A stretch of DNA of 64,000 bases from a virus. The stretch lies in the IMG/VR virus record IMGVR_UViG_3300045988_135095. One strand, 5' to 3'. The translations under genes were made by a program, and so were the position numbers. Shown here piece by piece: positions 26,407 through 35,171 of the stretch. The notes under the pieces were generated by a model, which saw only the letters and a program-made list of their open reading frames with translations, did no database searches and was not told where the DNA came from. Within the stretch, counting starts at the first letter, position 1; every line of letters begins with the position of its first letter.

Positions 26407-27714
26407 TTACTCCTCAGCTTTAGCTGCGTTATCCTTGAACTCCTTCTTCTTTGTAGGAGGCAGCTCATTGTAGGCGTCAATAACCTCCTTGTCGCTGGCG
26501 TCACTAGGAAGTGTAGCACCAAGAGCGTTGAGAGTTGTGATAGCCTCCGGCTTCTTGTAGGTCACATCAGAGATTGTTACCTTAGCGTCCTCTGTATCTG
26601 CTTTCTCCTTTTCGGTATCAACCGAAACGTCTGGGTCTGCCAGCTTAGTATTAATCTGATAGATTGTATCAACGTCCTCGATGACAGGCAAGCAGTATGC
26701 CTGCACCGCAGTAGTCTCACGCAATGGATCAGTTGTTGAATACTGAGAGATAAGCTTGTAATCAATTTGCTGATAGGTTACACCTGCCACTCTGTTGGTT
26801 GCCTCTGCTACCTGACCGTAAACGAGGGCACCAATCATCTGTGAGCAGACACCGATAATCATATCGTTGTTCCAAGGCTTAACGCTCTTCTTCACACCAT
26901 CATGCTCCAAGCGGACAGTACGGTTGATGATGCGGAATGATACACCGGTCTCGTCCAAGAATGCCTCCTGGAATACGTTGGCAGTAGGAACCGGCAGCTT
27001 TGTGTTGGAGTCATAAGTCTGACCCTTATAGTTGGCAACAAGCTCACGAGCGTCCTGTGCCTTCTTCAGTTCGTCAAACTTAGCCTTACCAATCCAGAAG
27101 ATCAAGATGGTGTTGCCATCATTCGATGCTCGCTCGATACATTCCTTCAAGTCAGCAACGGTAACACCATTATTGACGTTGTTGATACCAAGCTGATTTT
27201 CTGGTAAGTACTGATACGTGATGCGAAGCATCTCATTTGGCTTGTCATCGTCACGAACAGCTACGTAGCCGTTAGAAAGACCATACAGAAGGGCGTACTC
27301 ATTACGCTCATCAACACCGACATTACAAGCTACCGGGTCCTGCGCCAACTTACGGCGAATCTCTGCTGTCTGACCGCCCTGTGCTTCCATGAGTCTGAGA
27401 GTGAGAATATCTGACTCCTTCAAGAATTTCTTCATACCGACTTTTGGCAGTTTGCCGTTGGCGGTTGAAATCTTGTCACGTGACTTCAAAGGAACCGGAG
27501 AATCCACTGCCACGTAGTCAGCAGCTACGTAAGAGGTATCAACTGTGTCGGCTTCCCATTTGTTGTCGGTAGAATAAACGCGGCGGAGAATGGATGTATC
27601 TTTGTGGAGATACGTCATCTCGTTCTTGCGCTTACCGTTAATCTTCTCAATCAATGTCTTCAGGATTGGGAAGAAACTCAAGATATACTTAAGAAATAAA
27701 GAACTCTGTTGCAT
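26407..27714 (-). CDS. Major capsid protein
   Basis: 435 aa following the scaffold and accessory genes. A strong SD AAGGAGGTGA (plus 27718-27727) lies 4 nt before the ATG. Confidence 0.75.
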   Translation of the reverse strand: MQQSSLFLKYILSFFPILKTLIEKINGKRKNEMTYLHKDTSILRRVYSTDNKWEADTVDTSYVAADYVAVDSPVPLKSRDKISTANGKLPKVGMKKFLKESDILTLRLMEAQGGQTAEIRRKLAQDPVACNVGVDERNEYALLYGLSNGYVAVRDDDKPNEMLRITYQYLPENQLGINNVNNGVTVADLKECIERASNDGNTILIFWIGKAKFDELKKAQDARELVANYKGQTYDSNTKLPVPTANVFQEAFLDETGVSFRIINRTVRLEHDGVKKSVKPWNNDMIIGVCSQMIGALVYGQVAEATNRVAGVTYQQIDYKLISQYSTTDPLRETTAVQAYCLPVIEDVDTIYQINTKLADPDVSVDTEKEKADTEDAKVTISDVTYKKPEAITTLNALGATLPSDASDKEVIDAYNELPPTKKKEFKDNAAKAEE

Positions 27715-27725
27715 AAATCACCTCC

Positions 27726-28118
27726 TTAACCGATTGCATCGTGTCCCCACTGAAGAGTAGGAACGGCTGTTTTCAAAGCTGCCTTAATCGTATCGACAGG
27801 ATAAGGGACAGCCTTATCATTAGCCTCACCTGCCGTCATAACACCTACATGAGGGGTATCTGCCGGAGCTGTTGTCATACAGATGCCAACATACTCGTGG
27901 CTCGCTGGCAAAGAAGCATAAGCCCCACCTGTTACAGGCATTGGCTTGTACTCGCCAGACGTAGTGTCACGAATGATAATGTGTCCGCACTGGATGAACT
28001 CTCCAGAGAAACCTGTCAAGTCAAGAACGACACCACCCATGATGCCATTCACGTAATTTCTGATGATTACAGACTCCTTGCCTGAATCATACGTTTCTGT
28101 CTTGCTTACGCCATACAT
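27726..28118 (-). CDS. Head accessory/decoration-position protein
   Basis: 130 aa between the scaffold and the capsid. The call rests on position only. Confidence 0.45.
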   Translation of the reverse strand: MYGVSKTETYDSGKESVIIRNYVNGIMGGVVLDLTGFSGEFIQCGHIIIRDTTSGEYKPMPVTGGAYASLPASHEYVGICMTTAPADTPHVGVMTAGEANDKAVPYPVDTIKAALKTAVPTLQWGHDAIG

Positions 28119-28137
28119 AACTTTTAAAATTTAAAGA

Positions 28138-28833
28138 TTACATTGTTTCGGCAAGCTCATCAATCTCATTGTCCTTGATAACCTCAACCTCATCCTTCTT
28201 AGGCTTTCTCTGAGCCGCAGGAGCACCAAGTTTTCCGAGACCTTCGTTAGCACGCTCTTGATCGATAGCTGCCAAGTCCTCCACAACACCATCGTAGAAA
28301 TCATCGAACTCAGATTCGTTCTCGAACTTCATCTTGTCGAAATTCTTCAAGATAGTCTTTCCGAACGTACCTTTGTCCTTAAGGAGTGCCTTCAGCTTAG
28401 AACGGCGGCCATCATTCTCACGCTCTGACTTCAAACCGAGGATTTCGGTCTGCAAGGCTTTGTTCTGAGTAATGAGTGCCTGCGCCCATGCTGGGACCTG
28501 CTCATCTTTCTCTCTCTTCTGTTTGCGGATTGGTTTCTTGTTGCCGGCAGGGTCATCATCATCGTCATCGACCTCGTCGTCATCCAAGTCTTGACTATCC
28601 TTAAAACTCTGGATAGTACGCTGCGCAGTCTTTTGCGCAATCTTAAGATAAGGAAGAACCGCATTGACCTGCTTTTCAATCTCTGCGTTTACATCCTCGT
28701 CTGAGGCTTCTTCATCGAGTTCTAAGTTATTGGCAACATCGGCAGCAATACCCTCTAACTCCTCTCTACTGAACCCCAACGCCTTTGATTTGGGTTTCAG
28801 AATAACTAAAACTTGCTTCGTTCTTTTTTTCAT
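28138..28833 (-). CDS. Scaffolding protein
   Basis: 231 aa from the ATG at 28833. Highly acidic (DDDEVDDDDDD), helical and K/E-rich. Sits upstream of the capsid gene. Confidence 0.65.
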   Translation of the reverse strand: MKKRTKQVLVILKPKSKALGFSREELEGIAADVANNLELDEEASDEDVNAEIEKQVNAVLPYLKIAQKTAQRTIQSFKDSQDLDDDEVDDDDDDPAGNKKPIRKQKREKDEQVPAWAQALITQNKALQTEILGLKSERENDGRRSKLKALLKDKGTFGKTILKNFDKMKFENESEFDDFYDGVVEDLAAIDQERANEGLGKLGAPAAQRKPKKDEVEVIKDNEIDELAETM

Positions 28834-28908
28834 TCTAACTAAATATTTAATTGAACAATAAAATTCAAGAAATATCCCAGTACGAAGCGATAGCAATAAG
28901 TAATGCTG

Positions 28909-28971
28909 CAAAATTATAAAAAAAGTATTTAGTCACCAAATATATTGCAAGGAAATATACTTAATGATTAA
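28909..28971 (-). promoter_or_regulatory. Late-type promoter of the head/tail operon
   Basis: The minus strand reads TTTG-N20-TAATTTTGCAGC, with the -7 box at plus 28909-28916. The palindrome TTAATGATTAA lies at 28961-28971. Confidence 0.55.
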
Positions 28972-28995
28972 ATACTTTATGGTTACATATAAATA

Positions 28996-29460
28996 TTAAT
29001 CTGGATAATTGAGCTTATCCGGTCCAGCTGTGGATAGATATACGGAGAACATATCACATAGCTCTTTTGCTCCTTTTAAGTCGTTGAGCTTGTAATTACC
29101 GCATTCCACTTCCGATGCACCTGGAATCGTCTTTGATAGCGAACAAGCCTTGAAGGCTTCTACTATCATTTCCTTTATGAGCTTTGAAGTCCACGTACCT
29201 TTAAGGATAAGATAGAAACCTGTAAGACATCCCATTGGTCCAAAATACAGAACGGAATTGCTAAGAGGACTATCATTTCGTAGGTAGTCCGCCATCAAAT
29301 GCTCTATTGTGTGCGCGACAGCAGGTGACATCATATCTTTGTTTGGCTTGCACACGCGAATATCGAATGTGGTAGCAGTCTCCATGCCCCATTTATCTAC
29401 TCTCGAAACATAAAGACCTGGCTTCAGTTTCGTATGATCAACTTTAAAACTTGGTATCAT
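28996..29460 (-). CDS. luxS: S-ribosylhomocysteine lyase (AI-2 synthase)
   Basis: 154 aa. Metal-ligand motif HTIEHL and GPMGCLTGFY are both present. The sequence aligns by eye with LuxS over its whole length. Confidence 0.9.
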   Translation of the reverse strand: MIPSFKVDHTKLKPGLYVSRVDKWGMETATTFDIRVCKPNKDMMSPAVAHTIEHLMADYLRNDSPLSNSVLYFGPMGCLTGFYLILKGTWTSKLIKEMIVEAFKACSLSKTIPGASEVECGNYKLNDLKGAKELCDMFSVYLSTAGPDKLNYPD

Positions 29461-30103
29461 TCTCTAATAATTTACAAACAACACTAAATGCCTTTTCGGC
29501 AAGACTATCCCAAAAACCTGCATACTGCTCGGTCTGGTTCGGCTCCAGGGAATTATCGCTAATAACTCGGATGGACGTAAAACCGATACCCTTCTTGTAG
29601 CATACCTGCGCGAGAGCAGCAGACTCCATGTCAATAGCACATACGTTATAAGAATTAGGAAGAAAATCCTTAATCGCCAATACCTGCTCTCTCGTGGTGA
29701 CAAACTTATCTCCCGTAGCTATAGTTCCTAGTCTGAATCTTTCATCCATATCAATCCAGGAGAAATCAGAAGGAAAGACTGCCGGCATACCTTGAACTTG
29801 TCCATTGGCATTCGGTTCGCCGCAATATACATCGTGGTAACAGTACGAATTACCTATTACGACATTACCTGGCTTTAAACCAGCAACGGCAGCACCTGCG
29901 CATCCTACCGAGATAACTCTTGTAACTTTGCTGGACGTATTCGACGAAAGAAATTCTGTCAAGCAAGATGCCGCATTAACCTTGCCAATACCAGACTTGA
30001 TTAAAGCTATGTTTTGAACATTTTTGTAGTCAAGCCAATTCTTTGCAATCCATTCGCTGATAAGGTCATATTCCTTATCCATAGCGGTAACTATGACAAT
30101 CAT
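29444..30103 (-). CDS. mtnN: 5'-methylthioadenosine/S-adenosylhomocysteine nucleosidase
   Basis: 219 aa. Contains N-terminal ..VTAMDKE.., ..SVGCAG.., ..IDMESAALAQV.. and ..IRVISDN.., which are the MTAN catalytic Glu/Asp motifs. It overlaps luxS by 17 nt. Confidence 0.9.
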   Translation of the reverse strand: MIVIVTAMDKEYDLISEWIAKNWLDYKNVQNIALIKSGIGKVNAASCLTEFLSSNTSSKVTRVISVGCAGAAVAGLKPGNVVIGNSYCYHDVYCGEPNANGQVQGMPAVFPSDFSWIDMDERFRLGTIATGDKFVTTREQVLAIKDFLPNSYNVCAIDMESAALAQVCYKKGIGFTSIRVISDNSLEPNQTEQYAGFWDSLAEKAFSVVCKLLENDTKF

Positions 30104-30399
30104 TGCGCACCTCCTTTCGTTAGCTTAAGCTTCTTACAACGATTGTAAATAGCGTTTTCGTCCACTCCAATCTTGGTAGCAATGGCTTTTACCGGGTACT
30201 TGCCATACATTCTGCGAATGATGAAATCCTCATCAGCTGTAAACACGTGGCTCTTGCTGATACCCATTTCCTTCATCTTTCGATGGATGGCCCAATAATT
30301 ACGATTGAGCTTCTTTGCAATCTCCGTTGTCGTCATCACCAAAGCATTAACCTTGATGAACTCAATCTCTTCTGCACTAAAATGTTTTCCTCTACTCAT
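30100..30399 (-). CDS. Tandem-HTH DNA-binding protein
   Basis: 99 aa made of two ~45-aa repeats: F(S/T)A(E/D)E..FI....(E/K)IA.K(L/I)....I..(K/R).K. Confidence 0.55.
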   Translation of the reverse strand: MSRGKHFSAEEIEFIKVNALVMTTTEIAKKLNRNYWAIHRKMKEMGISKSHVFTADEDFIIRRMYGKYPVKAIATKIGVDENAIYNRCKKLKLTKGGAQ

Positions 30400-30584
30400 T
30401 ATTTAATATTTGGGTTCATTAAGCCGCCCAAGGCTTTCCTTCTCTTTCTGTTATATCTTCTGTTTGCAGCAATCCTTTCAGCGTTCTCTTTACGATAGAC
30501 TTCCATTCTTGCCAATAAATGTTCCTTATGCTCCTGGTAGTACCTTCTATGGTATTCCCGGATATCCTCCTCACTTCTCGCCAT
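30399..30584 (-). CDS. Hypothetical basic protein
   Basis: 61-aa ORF whose stop abuts the next ATG. Confidence 0.5.
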   Translation of the reverse strand: MARSEEDIREYHRRYYQEHKEHLLARMEVYRKENAERIAANRRYNRKRRKALGGLMNPNIK

Positions 30585-30813
30585 GTACCTTGTCTTTTAT
30601 TAGCTCGTACAACGATGGACTAAGTGTACTCCAACGACCATTCTCATCTTTTACAAGATAGAATCCATCAGGAACATAGAACTCTCGATTTCTCAATCTA
30701 ACTATCAATGTTTGTTTAGTGCAGTCTCCGCTGACAGTCTTTACTAACTCTGAAACGTCCGGGCATTTCCATAATTCTTGGATGTTCTCGGAAGATACTT
30801 TAATTGCAATCAT
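30571..30813 (-). CDS. Hypothetical protein
   Basis: 80 aa from the ATG at 30813, 1 nt after the ASCH stop. The longer track ORF would overlap the ASCH gene by 128 nt. Confidence 0.45.
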   Translation of the reverse strand: MIAIKVSSENIQELWKCPDVSELVKTVSGDCTKQTLIVRLRNREFYVPDGFYLVKDENGRWSTLSPSLYELIKDKVHGEK

Positions 30814-30814
30814 A

Positions 30815-31165
30815 TCACTTAAACTTAATGATGAAAAACTCATGATCCAACCACTTGCCTGGGCAAAGACCTTTCTTCGGTTTACCGATGGTGATACTCT
30901 CAATCTCCTTCTCAATTCGTGGACTATACTTGCGGTAGCCATTGATGAAGAGGACGTGAGTATAAGGTTTATATTCCAGCTTGCCTATCACGCGACAATA
31001 ACCGCCAAACTCATCGAAAAGCACCTCACCGCTTTCTGCTTGTTGGTTTACCAGTCTGGAAGCCCAATATGATTTTATTTTCCGATATTCCTCAGTCTTC
31101 TCGCCAGTCACAATCTTATCAAACCATTCCTTGCTGACGGTGAGCACCAATACTTTCTTTTCCAT
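30815..31165 (-). CDS. ASCH domain protein
   Basis: 116 aa. The N-terminus KKVLVLTVSKEWFDKIVTGEKTEEYR is typical of ASCH/PUA-like proteins. Confidence 0.6.
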   Translation of the reverse strand: MEKKVLVLTVSKEWFDKIVTGEKTEEYRKIKSYWASRLVNQQAESGEVLFDEFGGYCRVIGKLEYKPYTHVLFINGYRKYSPRIEKEIESITIGKPKKGLCPGKWLDHEFFIIKFK

Positions 31166-31171
31166 ACGCTG

Positions 31172-31405
31172 CTACTTCTTTTTATTACAAGGACAACTAC
31201 TAGCGTGAATAATAACGCAAGCTCCATGTTCCCTGCCCACAAACAGGTAGTCATGCCCTTTCTTGGTGAATATTTTTATATTAAACTCTTCTTTTTCGTG
31301 TGGAGTTCCTAAGCTGAAAGAAACTCTAAAACCTATTACGCCTATAATGAAAATCAAAACGAGCAAACCGTATGACTTGGCTAAGTCTAAAATCTTTTTC
31401 TTCAT
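31172..31405 (-). CDS. Small membrane protein
   Basis: 77 aa with one TM helix (LLVLIFIIGVIGF). The junction upstream reads TAGCGTATG. Confidence 0.5.
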   Translation of the reverse strand: MKKKILDLAKSYGLLVLIFIIGVIGFRVSFSLGTPHEKEEFNIKIFTKKGHDYLFVGREHGACVIIHASSCPCNKKK

Positions 31406-31408
31406 ACG

Positions 31409-31792
31409 CTACTTCTCATCGAATTTGTTGCCAACGACTATGAATTTACCTAATGAAAGATAATAACCTAACGGTTTTTCATAAATCTTTCCATTAGCAT
31501 GTGTGAGGTAATACCCACTTAACTCTTCCGACCATACAATTTCTGATGGAATAAAAGGATAATTCTTGATAACATCATGTTCGTACAATTCATTGCCCTT
31601 ACCGTCTGCCAGTTCACAGGACTGGCAGACGGTAGAAGGGTCAACTTCATAAGTGATATTTCTGTTCAACATACTTTCTTCCTGACGATTTTCGATGATG
31701 TAGGTGTTACCACATTCGGCATAAAAGTAACCTTCTACCCACTTACCATTGTCAAGACGTTTTGCTTTAAACTTGATATTTCCTACTTTCAT
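31409..31792 (-). CDS. YopX-like protein
   Basis: 127 aa. Contains ..KFKAKRLDNGKWVEGYF.., ..VDPSTVCQ.. and ..GNELYEHDV..; the C-terminus is VGNKFDEK. Confidence 0.65.
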   Translation of the reverse strand: MKVGNIKFKAKRLDNGKWVEGYFYAECGNTYIIENRQEESMLNRNITYEVDPSTVCQSCELADGKGNELYEHDVIKNYPFIPSEIVWSEELSGYYLTHANGKIYEKPLGYYLSLGKFIVVGNKFDEK

Positions 31793-31795
31793 AAG

Positions 31796-32050
31796 CTATT
31801 CATATAAAATTGTTATTCTTTTACTTTTATCTACCTTCAATATAGATTCTTTTGCTTTATCGATAGAAGAAAACAAATACTCCGGGCGAAGGTTATATGC
31901 ACCATAATCCCAATAATGGATAAGTCCAAATAACAACGAATGTCTCTTATCTACACGATAAGCATATATTGGTTCATCCCAAGAATCGTAATGTATGCCT
32001 TTAACAGCCTTGCTTTTACGATACATATCTACTATTCTATAGGTTGCCAT
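31796..32050 (-). CDS. Hypothetical protein
   Basis: 84-aa ORF, tightly packed with its neighbours. Confidence 0.5.
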   Translation of the reverse strand: MATYRIVDMYRKSKAVKGIHYDSWDEPIYAYRVDKRHSLLFGLIHYWDYGAYNLRPEYLFSSIDKAKESILKVDKSKRITILYE

Positions 32051-32052
32051 AA

Positions 32053-32262
32053 CTATTTTGCTTTAACATTATATACTCCATCAATGACCTCCACCTCATA
32101 ACAATCGGGACAATAGTGTTTGCCATCTATCATTTCCCAATCAGAGTAGTCACCAATATCAACTTCTTTGTTACTGAATAGTGCAGAGCAAGTATCTGTA
32201 CCGCCAAATACTCCTCCGCATCTATCGCAAACAATCTGATACATTGTAATCGGTCTATACAT
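32053..32262 (-). CDS. Zinc-ribbon protein
   Basis: 69 aa with CDRCG....CPDC. Confidence 0.55.
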   Translation of the reverse strand: MYRPITMYQIVCDRCGGVFGGTDTCSALFSNKEVDIGDYSDWEMIDGKHYCPDCYEVEVIDGVYNVKAK

Positions 32263-32265
32263 AAG

Positions 32266-32625
32266 CTATTCAACTTTTACACCGAAGGGAGTTCCGTCGG
32301 CAAATGTGAACTTTTTAAAAAGAGCTTCTAAATCACAACCATTGCCTATCACTGTTAAGTTTATTTTTTGATTGATTCCAATAGGAATCATCCATCCAAA
32401 CGGCTGGTGCTTTTGCATCTCCTGCCAGCACTCTTCTTCATCCTTAAATGGGCGGTATTTTTGTTCTGGCTTGATGCGGTAATCATTATAATAAGTTACT
32501 AAATGGTCTAAACTAGCTACGTTAGTATCATACCATTCTCTATTAATTGTTTTATGTTGTATAGTTTTGCCATCTACAATAGCCTGCAGAATAGGCATAA
32601 TTTTTTTAAGATTCTTTATATCCAT
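32266..32625 (-). CDS. Hypothetical protein
   Basis: 119 aa with GGAGGA 7 nt upstream of the ATG. Confidence 0.55.
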   Translation of the reverse strand: MDIKNLKKIMPILQAIVDGKTIQHKTINREWYDTNVASLDHLVTYYNDYRIKPEQKYRPFKDEEECWQEMQKHQPFGWMIPIGINQKINLTVIGNGCDLEALFKKFTFADGTPFGVKVE

Positions 32626-32628
32626 AAT

Positions 32629-32766
32629 TCAATCCTCCAATTCTTTAAGCATTTCATTCAAATTCTTTTTAACTCTCATTAGTGCAGGATAACCTCTATC
32701 AGCATCAATATCTGGAATTTCTAATAAAGAGTCTTTAATTAACTCAATAGCTTTTTCTTTACTCAT
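32629..32766 (-). CDS. Mini-gene (45 aa)
   Basis: Hand translation: MSKEKAIELIKDSLLEIPDIDADRGYPALMRVKKNLNEMLKELED. AAGGAGGGTAAGCA precedes the ATG, and the junction with the upstream mini-gene is an ATGA overlap. Confidence 0.4.
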   Translation of the reverse strand: MSKEKAIELIKDSLLEIPDIDADRGYPALMRVKKNLNEMLKELED

Positions 32767-32939
32767 TGCTTACCCTCCTTTGCCTTTAAGTATCTTCGTT
32801 CAAAACTTTTGAACTGTCTGTTTATAGAATGAGCTTCTTCTTCAAATCCTTCATCTAAAGTACCAGACATAGCCATAAGGGATTCTGTTGCTTGAAAGAA
32901 AGCTTCAAAGTCCTTTTCTGTTACATTCATTTTTGCCAT
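32763..32939 (-). CDS. Mini-gene (58 aa)
   Basis: Hand translation MAKMNVTEKDFEAFF...YLKAKEGKQ. It is preceded by the conserved leader ..GATAGTAAT-ATG. Confidence 0.4.
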   Translation of the reverse strand: MAKMNVTEKDFEAFFQATESLMAMSGTLDEGFEEEAHSINRQFKSFERRYLKAKEGKQ

Positions 32940-32963
32940 ATTACTATCTGATTAGTTAATCTT

Positions 32964-33092
32964 CTACAATAACCCATTTTCAGTGCAAGTGTCAATAGCT
33001 CTAATTGCTATCCAAATCGCTTGCTTCTGTTCATCGTCTGTAAGATTGCTTCTAATCTCACACAACTTTCTTTTTACTTCTGCAGCTTTCAT
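32964..33092 (-). CDS. Mini-gene (42 aa)
   Basis: Hand translation MKAAEVKRKLCEIRSNLTDDEQKQAIWIAIRAIDTCTENGLL. Its ATG overlaps the upstream stop (ATGA). Confidence 0.4.
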   Translation of the reverse strand: MKAAEVKRKLCEIRSNLTDDEQKQAIWIAIRAIDTCTENGLL

Positions 33093-33520
33093 ATTCTCTT
33101 CTTTTTACCACCTGCGAATGCTTGTGTCATGTTTATCGCAGATTTAATATCTTTGTACCTGACACCGCAAACTGTTGCCACATTTTTAATTGCCTCATCC
33201 ATTTTGAATTGCCTTGCCAAAAACTGATTATTCTTTATCAAGTTGACGATTTCTTCTTTCGTGTGAATTCCTTTCCAAAATAGTTCGGTATGACTACCAA
33301 CTCTGTCTTCATCTACAGAGAACGGAACACCATAATTTGTATAAAACTCTCCGTGATGCTTGATGAGATGGCGACCAGGATTCTTTCGGATATTATTTAT
33401 CCAAGTTTCATTATCGCATTCGCACCACATTCCATATTCTGCCGAGGTCAGCACTTTGTCGATGCCGATAGGATAATGACCAGAACACCCATTCGTTCCA
33501 AAATAAATAATCTCTGCCAT
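33089..33520 (-). CDS. Hypothetical protein
   Basis: 143-aa ORF. No motif recognised. Confidence 0.55.
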   Translation of the reverse strand: MAEIIYFGTNGCSGHYPIGIDKVLTSAEYGMWCECDNETWINNIRKNPGRHLIKHHGEFYTNYGVPFSVDEDRVGSHTELFWKGIHTKEEIVNLIKNNQFLARQFKMDEAIKNVATVCGVRYKDIKSAINMTQAFAGGKKKRI

Positions 33521-33573
33521 ATTCTCTCTTCTTTTTACCCTCTCCCTTTTACAGGAGAGGGTGGTTAGTTACT

Positions 33574-33837
33574 CTATCTCCAAGCGTAAATTGCTGTATA
33601 ATTACCTTTGCACCCAGTATCAAGGTTATGGGAATAATAATACTTAACAGCAGCGCAATCAAATCTCCAATTGTGCTTTGCAATTAATGTGTAAACTTCA
33701 CTATCTCTTGTAGCGCGCCCCTTTTCATCGAATAATGCCAAATAGAGAGGGTCATTATCATCACATCTATATGGGTCAAACGGCTTAATGAAGTTACCAT
33801 CTTTATCAAAGCAGTCTTTAATTTTCATTTTCTTCAT
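33574..33837 (-). CDS. Hypothetical protein
   Basis: 87-aa ORF preceded by a hairpin/leader unit. Confidence 0.55.
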   Translation of the reverse strand: MKKMKIKDCFDKDGNFIKPFDPYRCDDNDPLYLALFDEKGRATRDSEVYTLIAKHNWRFDCAAVKYYYSHNLDTGCKGNYTAIYAWR

Positions 33838-33852
33838 ATTACTATCTATTTA

Positions 33853-33869
33853 TATCCTCATAGAGGATA
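33853..33869 (-). repeat. Intercistronic hairpin + conserved leader unit
   Basis: The minus strand reads TATCCTC-TAT-GAGGATA, then TAAATAGATAGTAAT-ATG. Confidence 0.6.
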
Positions 33870-33874
33870 ATTAG

Positions 33875-34363
33875 TTAATCTTTTTTCGGCTTAATACCCC
33901 ATGCAAGGCATCCAAATCTAACATCAGTACTAATGTTTGAGCCATCAAAAACTCTCTCTTCTCCTCCAATAGACGTTAGGGTAATACCTATAGGCAATGA
34001 AGGGTAGAGATATAGCGGAATCAAACGAAGTCCAAGAGTATTTTTCTCTTTGGAAACCTTCTTATCAAATTCCTCCTTTGTAAGGTGTCCCTTGTCTAAT
34101 TCAGATTGTAAACAAGAAATTTCTTCCTCAATATCTTCTTCGGATTGCCAACTTCCAAAATGTAAAGCCTTACACTGACTTTCCGTAAGAGCATTCCAAT
34201 CAATGTCTTTCTTAAATTGTTCTTGAACTTTTTGCCAAGCATTATTGAGACTTTCCTTTTTAAATTCTTCGTCCCACTTTTTATATACTTGGATACACGC
34301 AATTTGATTTGCGAGCCATTTCAAAGTATTACTAACTTTGTCTTCTAATGAAATTTGTTCCAT
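33875..34363 (-). CDS. Hypothetical protein
   Basis: 162-aa ORF preceded by a hairpin/leader unit. Confidence 0.55.
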   Translation of the reverse strand: MEQISLEDKVSNTLKWLANQIACIQVYKKWDEEFKKESLNNAWQKVQEQFKKDIDWNALTESQCKALHFGSWQSEEDIEEEISCLQSELDKGHLTKEEFDKKVSKEKNTLGLRLIPLYLYPSLPIGITLTSIGGEERVFDGSNISTDVRFGCLAWGIKPKKD

Positions 34364-34379
34364 ATTACTTTATATTATA

Positions 34380-34392
34380 ATCCTATAAGGAT
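34380..34392 (-). repeat. Intercistronic hairpin + leader unit
   Basis: ATCCT-TAT-AGGAT, then TATAATATAAAGTAAT-ATG. Confidence 0.55.
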
Positions 34393-34401
34393 GTTTAGTT
34401 A

Positions 34402-34617
34402 CTAAAGCTCATCAAACTCTTTCTGAAGTCTCTGTTTTGTTTCATTCAGAAGCTGCTTGAATTTGGTTTTAAACTCTTCATCACACTCTGAAAGCTCATA
34501 AATAGCATCAGCAAGACTACTACGCATTGATTTTGGAGACATATTTAAGAGTTCATTTACTTTAGGAATTAAACTCTTTGCTAAGATATTTGCTCTTTCT
34601 AATTTTTCTGTATTCAT
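34402..34617 (-). CDS. Hypothetical protein
   Basis: 71-aa helical ORF. Confidence 0.5.
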   Translation of the reverse strand: MNTEKLERANILAKSLIPKVNELLNMSPKSMRSSLADAIYELSECDEEFKTKFKQLLNETKQRLQKEFDEL

Positions 34618-34633
34618 ATTACTATCTATTTAT

Positions 34634-34647
34634 ATCCTTTGCAGGAT
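34634..34647 (-). repeat. Intercistronic hairpin + leader unit
   Basis: ATCCT-GCAA-AGGAT (GNRA loop), then ATAAATAGATAGTAAT-ATG. Confidence 0.6.
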
Positions 34648-34649
34648 GG

Positions 34650-34988
34650 TTAATCAATCTTCTTGATACTATCAATTTCCATACTCCATAGTACAAGCTC
34701 TCTATTGGAGCGAGTGCCATCTTTTTTAGCAGGGTTGATTCTTACATCAATCTCGCCATTATAGCCACCGTAACCTCGGTCTGGAACAATGCTTTTAATC
34801 CAACAAACATCACATCTGGAACAGCTAACTTTGTCGCCAACCTTGTATGGAAGACTTTCGATGTAATCATTTACGTAAGAACAAATCTCATCGTTAGCAT
34901 CATTGATAATGCTTCGTTGTTTGTCAACCTTTACTTTTAATTCTTCTTTTGTCATATCTTTAAAATTATGTCCGAAGACGTTAAACAT
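34650..34988 (-). CDS. Hypothetical protein
   Basis: 112-aa ORF. Confidence 0.55.
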   Translation of the reverse strand: MFNVFGHNFKDMTKEELKVKVDKQRSIINDANDEICSYVNDYIESLPYKVGDKVSCSRCDVCWIKSIVPDRGYGGYNGEIDVRINPAKKDGTRSNRELVLWSMEIDSIKKID

Positions 34989-35157
34989 TTAACAATACTC
35001 TTTTGAGCTTTATTCGCAAATTCTCTTTTAACTCTTTAGCTTCACTCCAAGGTGTATATGTTGTGGTATAAAAATTATAACTACGTTCATCTACACAATG
35101 TAAGCCTGTTATGAGTAATTCTAACTCTTCGTTTGATAATACAACATTTTTATCCAT
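34981..35157 (-). CDS. Mini-gene (58 aa)
   Basis: Hand translation MDKNVVLSNEELELLITGLHCVDERSYNFYTTTYTPWSEAKELKENLRIKLKRVLLNV. It overlaps the next ATG by 8 nt. Confidence 0.4.
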   Translation of the reverse strand: MDKNVVLSNEELELLITGLHCVDERSYNFYTTTYTPWSEAKELKENLRIKLKRVLLNV

Positions 35158-35171
35158 ACTTCTATTATTTA

